This document shows positions 26,954 through 36,975 of a stretch of 46,567 bases of DNA, in pieces. Origin of the DNA: an uncultured Alistipes sp. (GTDB lineage: Bacteria; Bacteroidota; Bacteroidia; Bacteroidales; Rikenellaceae); contig USBO01000001.1 of the NCBI GenBank assembly GCA_900552955.1, positions 1 to 46,567 on the forward strand, given 5' to 3'. The translations under genes and the position numbers were made by a program. The notes beneath the pieces are model-generated. The model did not search any database. It was given only the letters and a program-made list of their open reading frames with translations, and was not told where the DNA came from. How positions within the stretch are numbered: the first letter of the stretch is position 1; the number at the start of each line of letters is the position of its first letter.

Positions 26954-29251
26954 TTACTGCTCCGCAGAGAAGGAATAGGGACGGTCCTGCGGATCGACAC
27001 CCCGCTTCCGGTTGGGCTCCGCAGACATGCGGAAGTCGATCTTCGCACCGTTGCTGAGCGTCTCGTGCGTCAGGTAGTTCTTCGTACTGGTCTTACCGTC
27101 GACTTTCAACTCTTCGACGTAACGCGCGGTCCGGGAGTTGTTCCCGGCGGTAATCTCCAGCGTCTTACCGTTGGCGAGGTGCACGGTCGCCTTTTTGAAG
27201 AGCGGCGAACCCAGGATATACTCGTCCGAGCCGGGGCACACGGGATAGAATCCCAGCGAGGAGAAGACATACCACGCCGAAGTCTGGCCGTTGTCCTCGT
27301 CGCCGCAATAGCCGTCGGGAGCCGCCGTATAGAGCTTATCCATCACCTCGCGGACCCAGTACTGCGCCCGCCACGGTTCGTCGGCCCAGTTGTAGAGGTA
27401 GATCATGTGCTGGATGGGCTGGTTGCCGTGGGCGTAGTTGCCCATGTTCATCACCTGCATCTCGCGGATTTCGTGGATCGGACGGCCGTAGTAGCTGTCG
27501 TCGAAATGCGGCGGAATGGTGAAGACCTCGTTCAGGTTCGCGGTGAAGCGCCCGGGACCGCCCATCAGTTCGACGAGGCCCGCCGGGTCGTGGAACACCG
27601 ACCACGTGTAGTGGAGGCTGTTGCCCTCGGTGAAAGCGTCGCCCCACTTCAGGGGGCTGAACGGCGACTGGAACGTACCGTCCTCGTTGCGGCCCCGCAT
27701 GAGCGACGAACCGGCGTCGTAGAGATTGCGGTAGTTCATCGCGCGCTCCTTGTAAGGGGCGATTTCACACTCGGGCTTGCCCAGCGCACGGCCCAGTGTG
27801 TAGATACACCAGTCGTCGTAGGCGTATTCGAGCGTACGGGCGGCATTCTCGCGGATGCCGACATCGTAAGGCACGTAACCCAGCTTGTTGTAGTACTCCC
27901 AGCCGAGGCGCCCGGTCGACGAAACCGTCGGATGCACGCTTTCGGCGCCGTGCTTGACAGCCTCCCAGAGCGTTTCGACATCGTAATCGCCGTACTTGTT
28001 CGCACCCTTGATCCATGCGTCGGCCACGACCGAAGCCGAATTGTTGCCGACCATGCAGCCGCGGTGGCCCGGCGAGGCCCATTCGGGCAGGAAGCCACTT
28101 TCGAGGTAGGTGTTCACGAGGCCCTCCTGCATCCGGGCATTCATCTCGGGATAAACCAGGTTCAGCAGCGGAAACAACGAACGGAACGTATCCCAGAAAC
28201 CCGTGTCGGTGAATAGGTAGCCCGGGCGGACCGTACCGTCGAAGGGGCTGTAATGCACGCGGTTGCCCGCAGCGTCGATCTCCGAGAGGTCGCGCGGGAA
28301 GAGCACCGAGCGGTAAAGGCACGAATAGAACGTGCGGAGGTTGTCGACATTGTCGTCCTCGATCTCGATACGGCCCAGAACCTCGTTCCAGCGGTCGCGG
28401 CCTGCGGCAACGACGGCATCGAACGAGTCGCCGCCCAATTCGCGGAGGTTCAGTTCGGCCTGCTCCGCGCTGATGAACGACGAAGCGACGCGCAACTGCA
28501 CCTGCTGGCCCTGCCTGGTGCGGAACCCTACGACAGCCCCGGCGTGGTCGGCCGAAGCCTCGGCCGTCCCTTCCGCAAGGAGGCCGTCGGCGACGGCGGC
28601 CACATACTGGAACGGCGTGTCGGATTCGATGACGAACCAGTTGCGGAAATTCGCAGGCACACCGCCCGAGTTCTTGGTCGTATAGCCCACGATATGCCGC
28701 ATATCGGGCAGCACACGGACCTCGGAACCGGAATCGAAGGCGTCGACGACCAGATAGGAGCGTTCGGCCTCGGGATAGGTCAGGCGGAACATCGCGGCAC
28801 GCTCGGTGGGCGTGATCTCCACCGTCACGTCGTGATCGGCGAGATAGGCGCTGTAATAATAGGGCTTCGCCACTTCGGCCTTATGCGAAAACCAACTGGC
28901 GCGGGCGTCCTCGTCGAACACCGGGCCCGAGGTGACGGGCATCAGGGCAAACTGGCCGTAGTCGTTGATCCACGGCGAGGGCTGGTGGGTCTGCTTGAAC
29001 CCGCGGATTTTGTCGTCGGTGTAGGTATAGGTCCAGCCGTTGCCCATCCGGCCGGTCTGGGGCGTCCAGAAGTTCATACCCCACGGGCGCGCGATGGCCG
29101 GGTAGGTGTTACCGGTCGAAAGTTCGTATTTCGACTGCGTACCGACCAGCGTCGAAACATAATCCACCGGATCGGCGGCGGGTGCGGCAGGCTTCGGGCA
29201 GCAGCCGGCCGACAGGACGATTCCCAAAAGGAATGCAAGGGTGCGTTTCAT
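26954..29251 (-). CDS. GH92 exo-alpha-mannosidase (alpha-1,2-mannosidase-like)
   Basis: GNTYP, THQPSPWINDYG, FWDTFRS, FTEGNS, NYAHGNQP, GYCGDEDNGQTSAWYVFS motifs. Confidence 0.95.
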   Translation of the reverse strand: MKRTLAFLLGIVLSAGCCPKPAAPAADPVDYVSTLVGTQSKYELSTGNTYPAIARPWGMNFWTPQTGRMGNGWTYTYTDDKIRGFKQTHQPSPWINDYGQFALMPVTSGPVFDEDARASWFSHKAEVAKPYYYSAYLADHDVTVEITPTERAAMFRLTYPEAERSYLVVDAFDSGSEVRVLPDMRHIVGYTTKNSGGVPANFRNWFVIESDTPFQYVAAVADGLLAEGTAEASADHAGAVVGFRTRQGQQVQLRVASSFISAEQAELNLRELGGDSFDAVVAAGRDRWNEVLGRIEIEDDNVDNLRTFYSCLYRSVLFPRDLSEIDAAGNRVHYSPFDGTVRPGYLFTDTGFWDTFRSLFPLLNLVYPEMNARMQEGLVNTYLESGFLPEWASPGHRGCMVGNNSASVVADAWIKGANKYGDYDVETLWEAVKHGAESVHPTVSSTGRLGWEYYNKLGYVPYDVGIRENAARTLEYAYDDWCIYTLGRALGKPECEIAPYKERAMNYRNLYDAGSSLMRGRNEDGTFQSPFSPLKWGDAFTEGNSLHYTWSVFHDPAGLVELMGGPGRFTANLNEVFTIPPHFDDSYYGRPIHEIREMQVMNMGNYAHGNQPIQHMIYLYNWADEPWRAQYWVREVMDKLYTAAPDGYCGDEDNGQTSAWYVFSSLGFYPVCPGSDEYILGSPLFKKATVHLANGKTLEITAGNNSRTARYVEELKVDGKTSTKNYLTHETLSNGAKIDFRMSAEPNRKRGVDPQDRPYSFSAEQ

Positions 29252-31738
29252 CTATTTTTTGATTTTCGGTTCCAGCATCTTGATCCAGTAACCTCCGACG
29301 ACGGCACGCGCCATGAAACCGCGGCGGTTGGGTTTGTCGGTGAAGAACCAGTCGGACATCGGCACGCGGTCGACGGTCTGGTTCATGAAGTCGTACATCG
29401 GGTCGATGAAACGCTCGAACGTGGCCCTGTCGTCGGCCATCGTCGCGGTCCAGACGATCCAGTCGGCCTTGGTATAGGTCTCACGGTTGTCCAGCGGCAG
29501 GCCGTAGCGGTTCTGCTTTGTCAGGTAGTAGGCCAGTTCCTTCGGAGCAACCTCCTTGGGAAAAACGTTAAGTTTCAGCAGCTTGTCCCACACGAGATTG
29601 TATTTCTGGCTCCACGTGCCGGGCTTGTCGAACGTCAGGCGGTAGTGATCGCCGTCGTCGGCCATTTTCACCCACTCCTTCGCCAGTTCGCGTGCTTTGG
29701 CGGTGTACTTCCCGGCAACGTCGTGCCTGCCCAGCATCTCGGCCATGCGGCCGTAGCAGGCAATGCCGACGATCGCCTTAATCGAAAGATTGGCGTTGTG
29801 GGCGAAGTGGCCCGCGAAATCGTCGGTGCAAAGCTGGTTCTCGGGATCGAGTCCCTTCTCGACAAGGTAGTCGGTCCACGTGGTCAGCACGTCCCAATGC
29901 TTTTCGGCATAGGCAGCGGAGCCCTCCATCGTGCAGACGGCAGCAGTCAGCGCCAGCATGTTGCCGGCCTCCTCGACGGGCATGTCGCCGCCATAGGTCT
30001 GGCCGTTTGCCTGCGGATAGGTTCCCACGTCGTGCGAAGGGAAGGGTTTGGTCCAGCGGCCGCTCTCGCTGTAATAGTAAATATGGTTCATCAATCCTTT
30101 GGCCAACTCGGTATTGTAATACAGGAAGAGCGGCGAAGAGGGATAGGTGATGTCGACCGTACCGATCGAACCGTTGCTGTCGTTCTCCTTCGAAAGCCAG
30201 AGCAGGTCGCCGTTGGGGGCCTTGACCAACTTGTGCGCGGCGATCGACTGGCGGTAAGCCAGCGCGCAGAGTTCGGCGTAGCGGCGGCCTCCGACCGCAG
30301 CAGCCTCCTCCATCAGTTCTTTGTCGAATGCGTAGCACCGTTTGAGTAGCGAAGCGTATTCCTTATCGGCGGCGTTCAGCTCGTCGAAGATCGTGCGCGT
30401 GCCGTCAGCGTTCCAGTAGGGCCGCAGGTTTTCGCCGAAATACTGAATCGACCAGATATCGTCGTAGGCGATCATGATTTTACCCGCAGCGTCCTTGGCA
30501 TCGCCCAGGTCGCGCACGAGCGCCATGCGGGCCGAACTGTTCTCGCCCGAAACGGCAGAAGGATCGGTGGTCCCGGCGATAAAGGCCGAACGCAGGCGGT
30601 CGCTGTTGCCGACCATGCCCCGGGTGTTCTCCTTTTCGGCCGCGAGGTAGAAATAGCCCCAGTCGATGCGCACGTGGTCGCCGCGCTTGGCCAGGATGTT
30701 CTGCTCCTTGCTGCCCGACTTGAGGCAGACGAGTCCGTCCTTCTCGAAGCATTCGCTCTGCGACTCCTGGTAAGGCTGGTCGAGCGCCCAGCGGGGCGAC
30801 GCCTCGACGTAGAGTTCCAGTTCGTGGGGCTTGCCGTCGGCGGAGGTGACGCGGTAGGTCAGGTAGTTGACCGGGCGGCTGATCAGCGCAAGGTCGTCGA
30901 GGAACAACGGCGCCGAGAAGGTCAGTTCCAGGTTGACATCCCCGCACGTGAAGGCATAGTGCGTCTGCGTGGCCTGCACGTCGACGGAGGTCTGCACGGC
31001 GGTCTTTTCGAGCGCCGTCTGCGTCTCTTTCGGGGTCAGCAGGCCGAAGTCCAGCAAACCGTTGCCCACCGGATTGCGGCACTCGGCGGCGATCAGGTTT
31101 TCGCCCTTGCGGAGCGTCGCAACGACGGCTTCGGGGAGTTTCACCATCGCGTTCTTGTTGCAGGTCGAACCGGTATTATGCACTTCGACGCCGTTCACGT
31201 AGAAGACGGCATCGTCGTCGTTGGAAAATTCCAGGAAGATTTGCTTCCCGGCCATATCCTCGTCGAGCGTCACCGTGCGGCGCACCCAGATGTTTTCGGT
31301 CGTCCAGTCGGTCTTGGCCGTAGGTTCGTTGATCTTCGTGCCGAAGGCCCCGCGGTCGCTCTTCCACGAAGCGTCGTCGTAGGAGGGCGCCTTCCAGTCG
31401 CCGGCGGGCTTCACGGTCGTCCAGCGGCCAACCCATTCGCCCTGCTCCGAGGTCGGAACGACAGGCAGCAGTTCGAGGTCCTCAGTGCCCATGAAACGGT
31501 AGGCTACGCCGTCGACCTTCAGGGCGCCGATCAGCGGGAAGTCCTTGCCGGTCCAGTGTTTGACCGAACCGTCGTAGAGATTGTCGGTCATCGACCAGGC
31601 GCTGGTGTAGGGGTCGATCGTAACGAGCGGATAGGCCGGGGCCCGCAGTTCGCTCTTGATAACTTCGCCCGTCGTCGCTCCCTGCCCGGCACAGGCGGCG
31701 GCAGCGAGGGGAATCAGGAATAAAAAGGGATTTTTCAT
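29252..31738 (-). CDS. Glutaminase-like (GtaA; DUF4964/DUF5127/DUF4965/DUF1793) lipoprotein with an inserted beta-sandwich domain; probable (alpha/alpha)6 glycosidase
   Basis: LRAPAYPLVTIDPYTSAWS, SKENDSNG..GTVD, HDVGTYP, MPVEEAGNM, QLCTDDFAG, WSQKYNLVWD, ARAVVGG; insert IWVRRT...NDDDAVFYVNG. Confidence 0.8.
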   Translation of the reverse strand: MKNPFLFLIPLAAAACAGQGATTGEVIKSELRAPAYPLVTIDPYTSAWSMTDNLYDGSVKHWTGKDFPLIGALKVDGVAYRFMGTEDLELLPVVPTSEQGEWVGRWTTVKPAGDWKAPSYDDASWKSDRGAFGTKINEPTAKTDWTTENIWVRRTVTLDEDMAGKQIFLEFSNDDDAVFYVNGVEVHNTGSTCNKNAMVKLPEAVVATLRKGENLIAAECRNPVGNGLLDFGLLTPKETQTALEKTAVQTSVDVQATQTHYAFTCGDVNLELTFSAPLFLDDLALISRPVNYLTYRVTSADGKPHELELYVEASPRWALDQPYQESQSECFEKDGLVCLKSGSKEQNILAKRGDHVRIDWGYFYLAAEKENTRGMVGNSDRLRSAFIAGTTDPSAVSGENSSARMALVRDLGDAKDAAGKIMIAYDDIWSIQYFGENLRPYWNADGTRTIFDELNAADKEYASLLKRCYAFDKELMEEAAAVGGRRYAELCALAYRQSIAAHKLVKAPNGDLLWLSKENDSNGSIGTVDITYPSSPLFLYYNTELAKGLMNHIYYYSESGRWTKPFPSHDVGTYPQANGQTYGGDMPVEEAGNMLALTAAVCTMEGSAAYAEKHWDVLTTWTDYLVEKGLDPENQLCTDDFAGHFAHNANLSIKAIVGIACYGRMAEMLGRHDVAGKYTAKARELAKEWVKMADDGDHYRLTFDKPGTWSQKYNLVWDKLLKLNVFPKEVAPKELAYYLTKQNRYGLPLDNRETYTKADWIVWTATMADDRATFERFIDPMYDFMNQTVDRVPMSDWFFTDKPNRRGFMARAVVGGYWIKMLEPKIKK

Positions 31739-31769
31739 GTATGAAAGTTAGAAATTAGTAGTTCTCGGT

Positions 31770-33947
31770 TTACCAGCCGATCTCGACGGCCACGCCGTCC
31801 GGATCGTTCTCGAAGCGCAGCCGGTAGGTCCGGCTCGCGGCGTCCCATTCGGCGGGGGCAAAAACCTCCCTGCCACCGACCTTCACGCTCCGGGGCTGCT
31901 TCGGAAGCAGAACGCGGGCCACACAGATGGTTTCGGCAGGACTTTTGGCCACAAAGGCGTAGCTGTGCCCGGTTACTTTCTCGTCGTAGGCCCGGCAGGC
32001 TGCGGCCAACACCTGCGGACGCCGCTTCTGCGCGACACGGCCGACGTTGACGAAAAGGCCCTGTTCGCCCGGACGGATCGTGCGTTCCGTGCAGACGGGA
32101 AGTTCCGGATCGTAGAGGTCGACGAGCGTACCGCGCAGCGTGTAAGGCGCGTCGCCGACGCTTTCGTCGAGCACGGCCACCAGGTCGTAGACGCCGCGCT
32201 GGAGGTAGAAATTATTTTTGAATGTCAGTTCCCCGCCCTTCGCTCGTCCTTCGTAGAGCGATTTGACGGCCCTGATCAGCGGCTCGTCGCCGCCCTTCGC
32301 GAGCACGAACTCCTTGGGATCGGCGCGCAGGATGCAGACCGTGCCTTTGCCGCAGGCATACTCGCCCTGGGGTGCGGCGGCGGGAATGTCCATCTGCGCG
32401 AAGAGGTGGTCGGCGGGCGCGGCATAGGCGTTGCCGCCGCTGTTCCACCACTCGCTCACCGTCTGGAACGGATCGTCGTCACGGCCGCAATAGACCAGCA
32501 CGCCGCCCTTCTTTACCCACTCGGCCAGTTGGGTGTGTGCCTCGGGCGACAGGGGTTTGAGGTTCGAATAGGTCATCAGCAGCACCTTCGTTGCGGCCAG
32601 CGCTTCCCAATAACCCAGGTTTTCGATATGCACGGTCTTCACGGGTACGCCGCGCTTGAGCAGCGGAAGCGTCAGACCGTAGAAGTTGGCCAACTGGGGA
32701 TCTTCGTAACCGGCATGGGTCGGAAAACGCTGGAACATCAGCGAATTGGCCATCAGGACGCTGATTCCGGCGGAACCGGTCAGGCGGTTATCGGTGGCGG
32801 GCATCGAGTTCAAAGCGTTGATCATCACCTGCATCTGCGTCGAATAGTGGCGCGGTATACGCGCTTTTACTTCGCTGTCGCGGCTGGTTTTGTAGAGCCC
32901 TTCGTAGATGCGTTCGGGCCACGGCATCACCTCGTAATCGGCAATCTGGGGATAGAGCAGCTGCGCGGTGAAGGTAGCTTCGTAATTCTTTTTATAGTCG
33001 GCCCAGTCGCGCGCCCGGTCTTCGATCGGGTCGGTCAGGAAGAACATCTTGCGGCCCGTGGGGGCGGTCATCGACTCCATCGAGCCGTATTCGAGGTAGG
33101 CGGTTTCGAAGACGCGCTCGCGAAGCGTGCCGTCGAAGTAGTTCGGTTCGCGCGACGTGCCGGTCCAGACTTGTGCGATATAGCCGTCGACCGAGGGCAG
33201 CGAGGCGAGGCTCGCTTCGGGGCTGACGATCTGCCACTGCGAATAGTTCACCAGCGAGTGGGTCGGGACATAGCATTTCACATCCATGCCCTTGCTCCGG
33301 CCATACTCCTTGGCGTAGGTGAAGACCTCGTTCAGGGCACGGTAGTAGAGGTGGTACTTGAGTTTGTTCGCCAGGTAGGTGTTCTCAGGCGACTCGTGCT
33401 GCGGGCGCCAGTCGAAACCGTAGAAGGCTTTCCATTCGCGTTTGAACGCCTCGCTGTAACCGGCCCGGGCCCAAAACTCGGGTTCCTCCATGAAGATGGC
33501 GTCGATGCCCGCGTCGATCACACGTTTCACATGCCGCTCCTTGAGGTAACGGAGGTAGTTCTCCGACGGAACGATATAGGGCACGAGGTGTCCGTGCCAG
33601 ATCGTATCGCCGCTGCGCTGCACCTGACCTTCGTCGAGATGCCACTCACCGTCCCACTTGCCGGTGAAATAGTCCTGGTATTCGCCCCAGGCGATTCCGG
33701 TCATGAAATGGGTCGTATAACCCCGTTCGCGCCACGAGGCGACGCGGTCTTCGAACGAGATGCGTTTCGAGCGGTCCGAAGGGTTGCCGCCCACGCCGTA
33801 GACCATCACAGCATCGGCACGGTTGTCGATCGTGGGTCTCCACTCGCGGGAGGACTGGAAAGTCGTCTTTACATCGTCGGGCTGCCGCGCTCCGGCCGGA
33901 TAAGCGAAGCCGGCGGCCAGCAGGCAAAAAATCCAAAATTTCTTCAT
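31770..33947 (-). CDS. Secreted hypothetical protein; probable unclassified glycoside hydrolase (TIM barrel plus GH42-type trimerisation-like domain)
   Basis: Signal peptide; acidic motif GIDAIFMEEPEFW followed by GYSEAFKREW; class I GATase-like segment KVLLMTY...LAEWVKKGGVLVYCG; PUL context. Confidence 0.65.
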   Translation of the reverse strand: MKKFWIFCLLAAGFAYPAGARQPDDVKTTFQSSREWRPTIDNRADAVMVYGVGGNPSDRSKRISFEDRVASWRERGYTTHFMTGIAWGEYQDYFTGKWDGEWHLDEGQVQRSGDTIWHGHLVPYIVPSENYLRYLKERHVKRVIDAGIDAIFMEEPEFWARAGYSEAFKREWKAFYGFDWRPQHESPENTYLANKLKYHLYYRALNEVFTYAKEYGRSKGMDVKCYVPTHSLVNYSQWQIVSPEASLASLPSVDGYIAQVWTGTSREPNYFDGTLRERVFETAYLEYGSMESMTAPTGRKMFFLTDPIEDRARDWADYKKNYEATFTAQLLYPQIADYEVMPWPERIYEGLYKTSRDSEVKARIPRHYSTQMQVMINALNSMPATDNRLTGSAGISVLMANSLMFQRFPTHAGYEDPQLANFYGLTLPLLKRGVPVKTVHIENLGYWEALAATKVLLMTYSNLKPLSPEAHTQLAEWVKKGGVLVYCGRDDDPFQTVSEWWNSGGNAYAAPADHLFAQMDIPAAAPQGEYACGKGTVCILRADPKEFVLAKGGDEPLIRAVKSLYEGRAKGGELTFKNNFYLQRGVYDLVAVLDESVGDAPYTLRGTLVDLYDPELPVCTERTIRPGEQGLFVNVGRVAQKRRPQVLAAACRAYDEKVTGHSYAFVAKSPAETICVARVLLPKQPRSVKVGGREVFAPAEWDAASRTYRLRFENDPDGVAVEIGW

Positions 33948-33972
33948 GGCTGATCGTTATAACAGTCGGTGT

Positions 33973-34032
33973 AAAAAAAAGTTTAAGGTTTAAAGTCAGA
34001 TTCTTAGCGAAGATAACTTTAAACCTTAAACT
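33973..34032 (-). terminator. AT-rich intra-PUL terminator or attenuator
   Basis: 17-bp perfect inverted repeat AGTTTAAGGTTTAAAGT (33980-33996) / ACTTTAAACCTTAAACT (34016-34032), followed by a T run on the minus strand. Confidence 0.7.
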
Positions 34033-34047
34033 CGTATGCAACAGGTT

Positions 34048-34863
34048 TTACGGAATAATCACTTCCATCGGTTCGCTGTAATTCCAGCGGCGCGTACCGC
34101 TGCCGGCCGGCGTGTCGTAGTTGATGCGCGCGGCGGCACGGACGAAGACCTTGCGGCCCGAGGGAACATAACCCTGCGAGCGGATGACCACGGGCTGACC
34201 CAGGAACTCATTGAAAGCGGAACCCGTGTATTCGAGTTTGCTCGACCAGCGTTCGTCGCGGGCGCGGTAACCCACGCTCGACGAATAGCTGACGAACAAC
34301 TGGATGTCGGTCACGTTGAGGAACTCGTCCTTCCAGCCGCCCATCGGCTCGATCTTCTCGCGGAAGATCGCGTCGGAAACGCCGCGCGTCACGCGGACCT
34401 TGGCCGAAATCTTACCGTCGCTGACCATCGGATAGTCCACGAACTCGACGTTGAGGAAAGGTTCGACCTCGAAGCGGACGTTCTTCACGCCGCTGATTTG
34501 CAGCGTCTGCGTCTCGTCGGCCAGAGGCACGCCGCGCTCGTCCTCGCGGACCAGCGGAATGAACGGACCGTCGACGCGGACGTTGTATTCCCCCTTGAAG
34601 ACCTTCGTGTTCTGGAACGTTCCGTCGGGCATGCAGAAAAAGTCGGGATTGGGCTGGACGTTTTCACCCCAACTCAGTTCCAGCAGGCGCACGCGAATGC
34701 CCTCGCTGCCCTGGTCAGTCAGCACGGGTTTGCCCGTGGCCACGTCGACCACTTCGCCGCGCAGCGTTTCGGCAGGCTCGTCGTAGTTGTCGACCTTGAA
34801 AATCTCGCACGAAGTGAAAGCGAGCGAAGCGCACAATAAACTGTATAATGCTATCTTTTTCAT
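34048..34863 (-). CDS. DUF3823-family lipoprotein (SusD-adjacent)
   Basis: Lipobox FTSC; DNYDEPAETLRGEVVD..TG, DGTFQNTKVFKGEY...GPF pattern; lies immediately after susD. Confidence 0.8.
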   Translation of the reverse strand: MKKIALYSLLCASLAFTSCEIFKVDNYDEPAETLRGEVVDVATGKPVLTDQGSEGIRVRLLELSWGENVQPNPDFFCMPDGTFQNTKVFKGEYNVRVDGPFIPLVREDERGVPLADETQTLQISGVKNVRFEVEPFLNVEFVDYPMVSDGKISAKVRVTRGVSDAIFREKIEPMGGWKDEFLNVTDIQLFVSYSSSVGYRARDERWSSKLEYTGSAFNEFLGQPVVIRSQGYVPSGRKVFVRAAARINYDTPAGSGTRRWNYSEPMEVIIP

Positions 34864-34881
34864 AATCTGCGTATCTTAAGG

Positions 34882-36939
34882 TTAACGGTTCGGCTGCTGG
34901 TCGATCACGGGACTCTTCGAAACCTCGCCGCCCGGGATGGCAAAATAGTAGTCGAGAACCGAATAGTTGAAGGTCTTCAGGCTGACCCACTGGAAATGGG
35001 CGTCGAAGAAGTACTTGTCGGCCTGGGTCGAATAGAACGGATAGAGACCGCGGAAACGGTAGTTCGAGTTGTTGCTGTAAAGATCCTTGTTGCGGGTTTC
35101 GCCCCAGAATCCGTCGCGGCCCTCGTAGTGCCATACGCGCCAGCGGCGCAGGTCCCATTTGATCTTGTGCTCCAGCGCGAGTTCCTTGCGGCGCTCCTTG
35201 CGGACGATGTCGCGGCCCGTGCTGGTCGGTGCGATATTGGTCTTGAGCAGTTCGGCCCCGGCGCGCTCGCGGATGTCGTTCACCGCATCGGTAGCCACCT
35301 TCGTCAGGTCGGCGCCGTCGGGCGAAGCCACGCCGGCCATCGCCAGTTCGACGGCGGCTTCGGCGGCATTGAGCAGCACCTCGGCATAACGCATCAGGAT
35401 GAACGGCTGGGCCGAGTTGCCCTCCTTGGCGACGAACGAAGGATCGGGGTTGAGCCACTTGCGGCCATAGAAGCCCGTCAGGTTAGCCTCGCCGTCCTCG
35501 TAGAACGGACCGTTCTCCCCGGCGACCGACATTTTGACACCCTTGACGACGAGCGAGTCCTGGCCGGTACTCTTCGCACTCATGCGGAGCGTCTTGGCGC
35601 TGGTATAGATGTCCAGTTTCTGGTAAGTCGTTTCGGCGGCGCTGTACGAATAGTCGCTGAAGAACGGCTTAACAGGCGTCGAACCCGTATAGATGCCGGC
35701 GCGGGTTTCGTTCTCGCGGTTCTTGAACATGTCGCCCGGGAAAATGACGTAGGCGCGCAGACGCGGTTCCGCATTGGCGAACAAGTCCATCGGTTTGTCG
35801 AACATCAGGTAGTTGCCCGAGGTATTCGAAACACCGTCGGTAACTTTGAGCGTACCGTCGCGGTAGCGGTCGAAGCCGTCGAAGAGTTCGATGAAATCGA
35901 GCGTCGGGCAGGTTCCGGCTGACAGCGGCCCGCGGAAATAGAACGTCGAGCTGTAAGCGTCGTAGCCGTGGGTCAGCGTCGGGTAGACATACTCCTTGAC
36001 ATAGATGTTCTCGGGGCTCGAAAGGTCGCTGAACATGTCGACCATGTTCTGGTACTGCGCCTCGCGGTTGGTTGCCGACCATTTCTTCTTGTAGAGCGAA
36101 TAACCGCCGTTGGCCATCACCTCGCGGGCAGCCTTGTAGGCCTCGGTGAAGTACTTTTTCGAGGCGGCCTCCCAGGTCTTCGAGTCGAAGCCCATGACAC
36201 GAACGCCCGTCTTGCGGCCCAGACCCGTCAGGCGGCCCGTCACGGTCTCGTTGTACTTGGCCACGCTGCCGGCATAGAGCATCGCTTCCGACTTGAACGC
36301 CAAGGCGATATAGCGGTTCGCATAACCCGTCTTAGAGGCTTCGAGTTTGGGCATCAGCAGCGCAATGGCATTGTCGTAGTCCGAAAGCACCTGGTTCCAC
36401 GTCTCCTCCTCGGAGGCACGGGGAACTTCGAGTTCGCTGGCCGAAGCCGGGTAGTCGATCACATGCGTCACCAGGGGCACGCCGCCGAAACGGCGGGCCA
36501 TGGCGTAGAATACCGTGGCGCGCACGTAGTAGGCTTCGCCGAGGTAGTGGTTATAGGTCACCTCGCCGAACGATCCCCGGTATTTAGGCAGCGTTTCGAG
36601 CAGGTAGTTGGCGTCGCGCAGCAGTTTGAACGCATCGCCCCAGTAGGCCGTGCGCTCGCCGGTGAACGCCGCACAGATGCCGTCGCGGTTGACGGCCTCG
36701 CCCGTGCCTTCGATACCCATGGCGGACAGCCAGCCGTTGTACTCATAACCCCACTGGGCCATGTACTTGAAATCCTCGAAAGGCATGTGACTGTACATGC
36801 GGGCCAGGTAAATCTCCATACCGGCCTCGTTCGACAGCAGGTCGTCGGCAGTCACAATATTCTTCGGCGCAAGGTCCAGGTCCACGCAGGAGACGGCCAG
36901 CAACAGTGTGCACAAAGAAGCTATCAGTGTCTTTTTCAT
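34882..36939 (-). CDS. susD: SusD/RagB-family glycan-binding lipoprotein
   Basis: Lipobox AVSC; GEAYYVRA..F.MARRFGGVPL, MRYAEVLLNAAEA, ERRKELALEH..WDLRRW, Y.FAIP...QQP. Start ATG 36939. Confidence 0.95.
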   Translation of the reverse strand: MKKTLIASLCTLLLAVSCVDLDLAPKNIVTADDLLSNEAGMEIYLARMYSHMPFEDFKYMAQWGYEYNGWLSAMGIEGTGEAVNRDGICAAFTGERTAYWGDAFKLLRDANYLLETLPKYRGSFGEVTYNHYLGEAYYVRATVFYAMARRFGGVPLVTHVIDYPASASELEVPRASEEETWNQVLSDYDNAIALLMPKLEASKTGYANRYIALAFKSEAMLYAGSVAKYNETVTGRLTGLGRKTGVRVMGFDSKTWEAASKKYFTEAYKAAREVMANGGYSLYKKKWSATNREAQYQNMVDMFSDLSSPENIYVKEYVYPTLTHGYDAYSSTFYFRGPLSAGTCPTLDFIELFDGFDRYRDGTLKVTDGVSNTSGNYLMFDKPMDLFANAEPRLRAYVIFPGDMFKNRENETRAGIYTGSTPVKPFFSDYSYSAAETTYQKLDIYTSAKTLRMSAKSTGQDSLVVKGVKMSVAGENGPFYEDGEANLTGFYGRKWLNPDPSFVAKEGNSAQPFILMRYAEVLLNAAEAAVELAMAGVASPDGADLTKVATDAVNDIRERAGAELLKTNIAPTSTGRDIVRKERRKELALEHKIKWDLRRWRVWHYEGRDGFWGETRNKDLYSNNSNYRFRGLYPFYSTQADKYFFDAHFQWVSLKTFNYSVLDYYFAIPGGEVSKSPVIDQQPNR

Positions 36940-36975
36940 AAGTGTCAGATTTGTAATTCGCAACGTTTTGATCTG

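Noticed and set aside
33980..34032. Inverted repeats of an invertible (phase-variable) promoter
   Set aside because: The spacer is only 19 bp with no promoter inside and no recombinase nearby; a U-tract favours a terminator.
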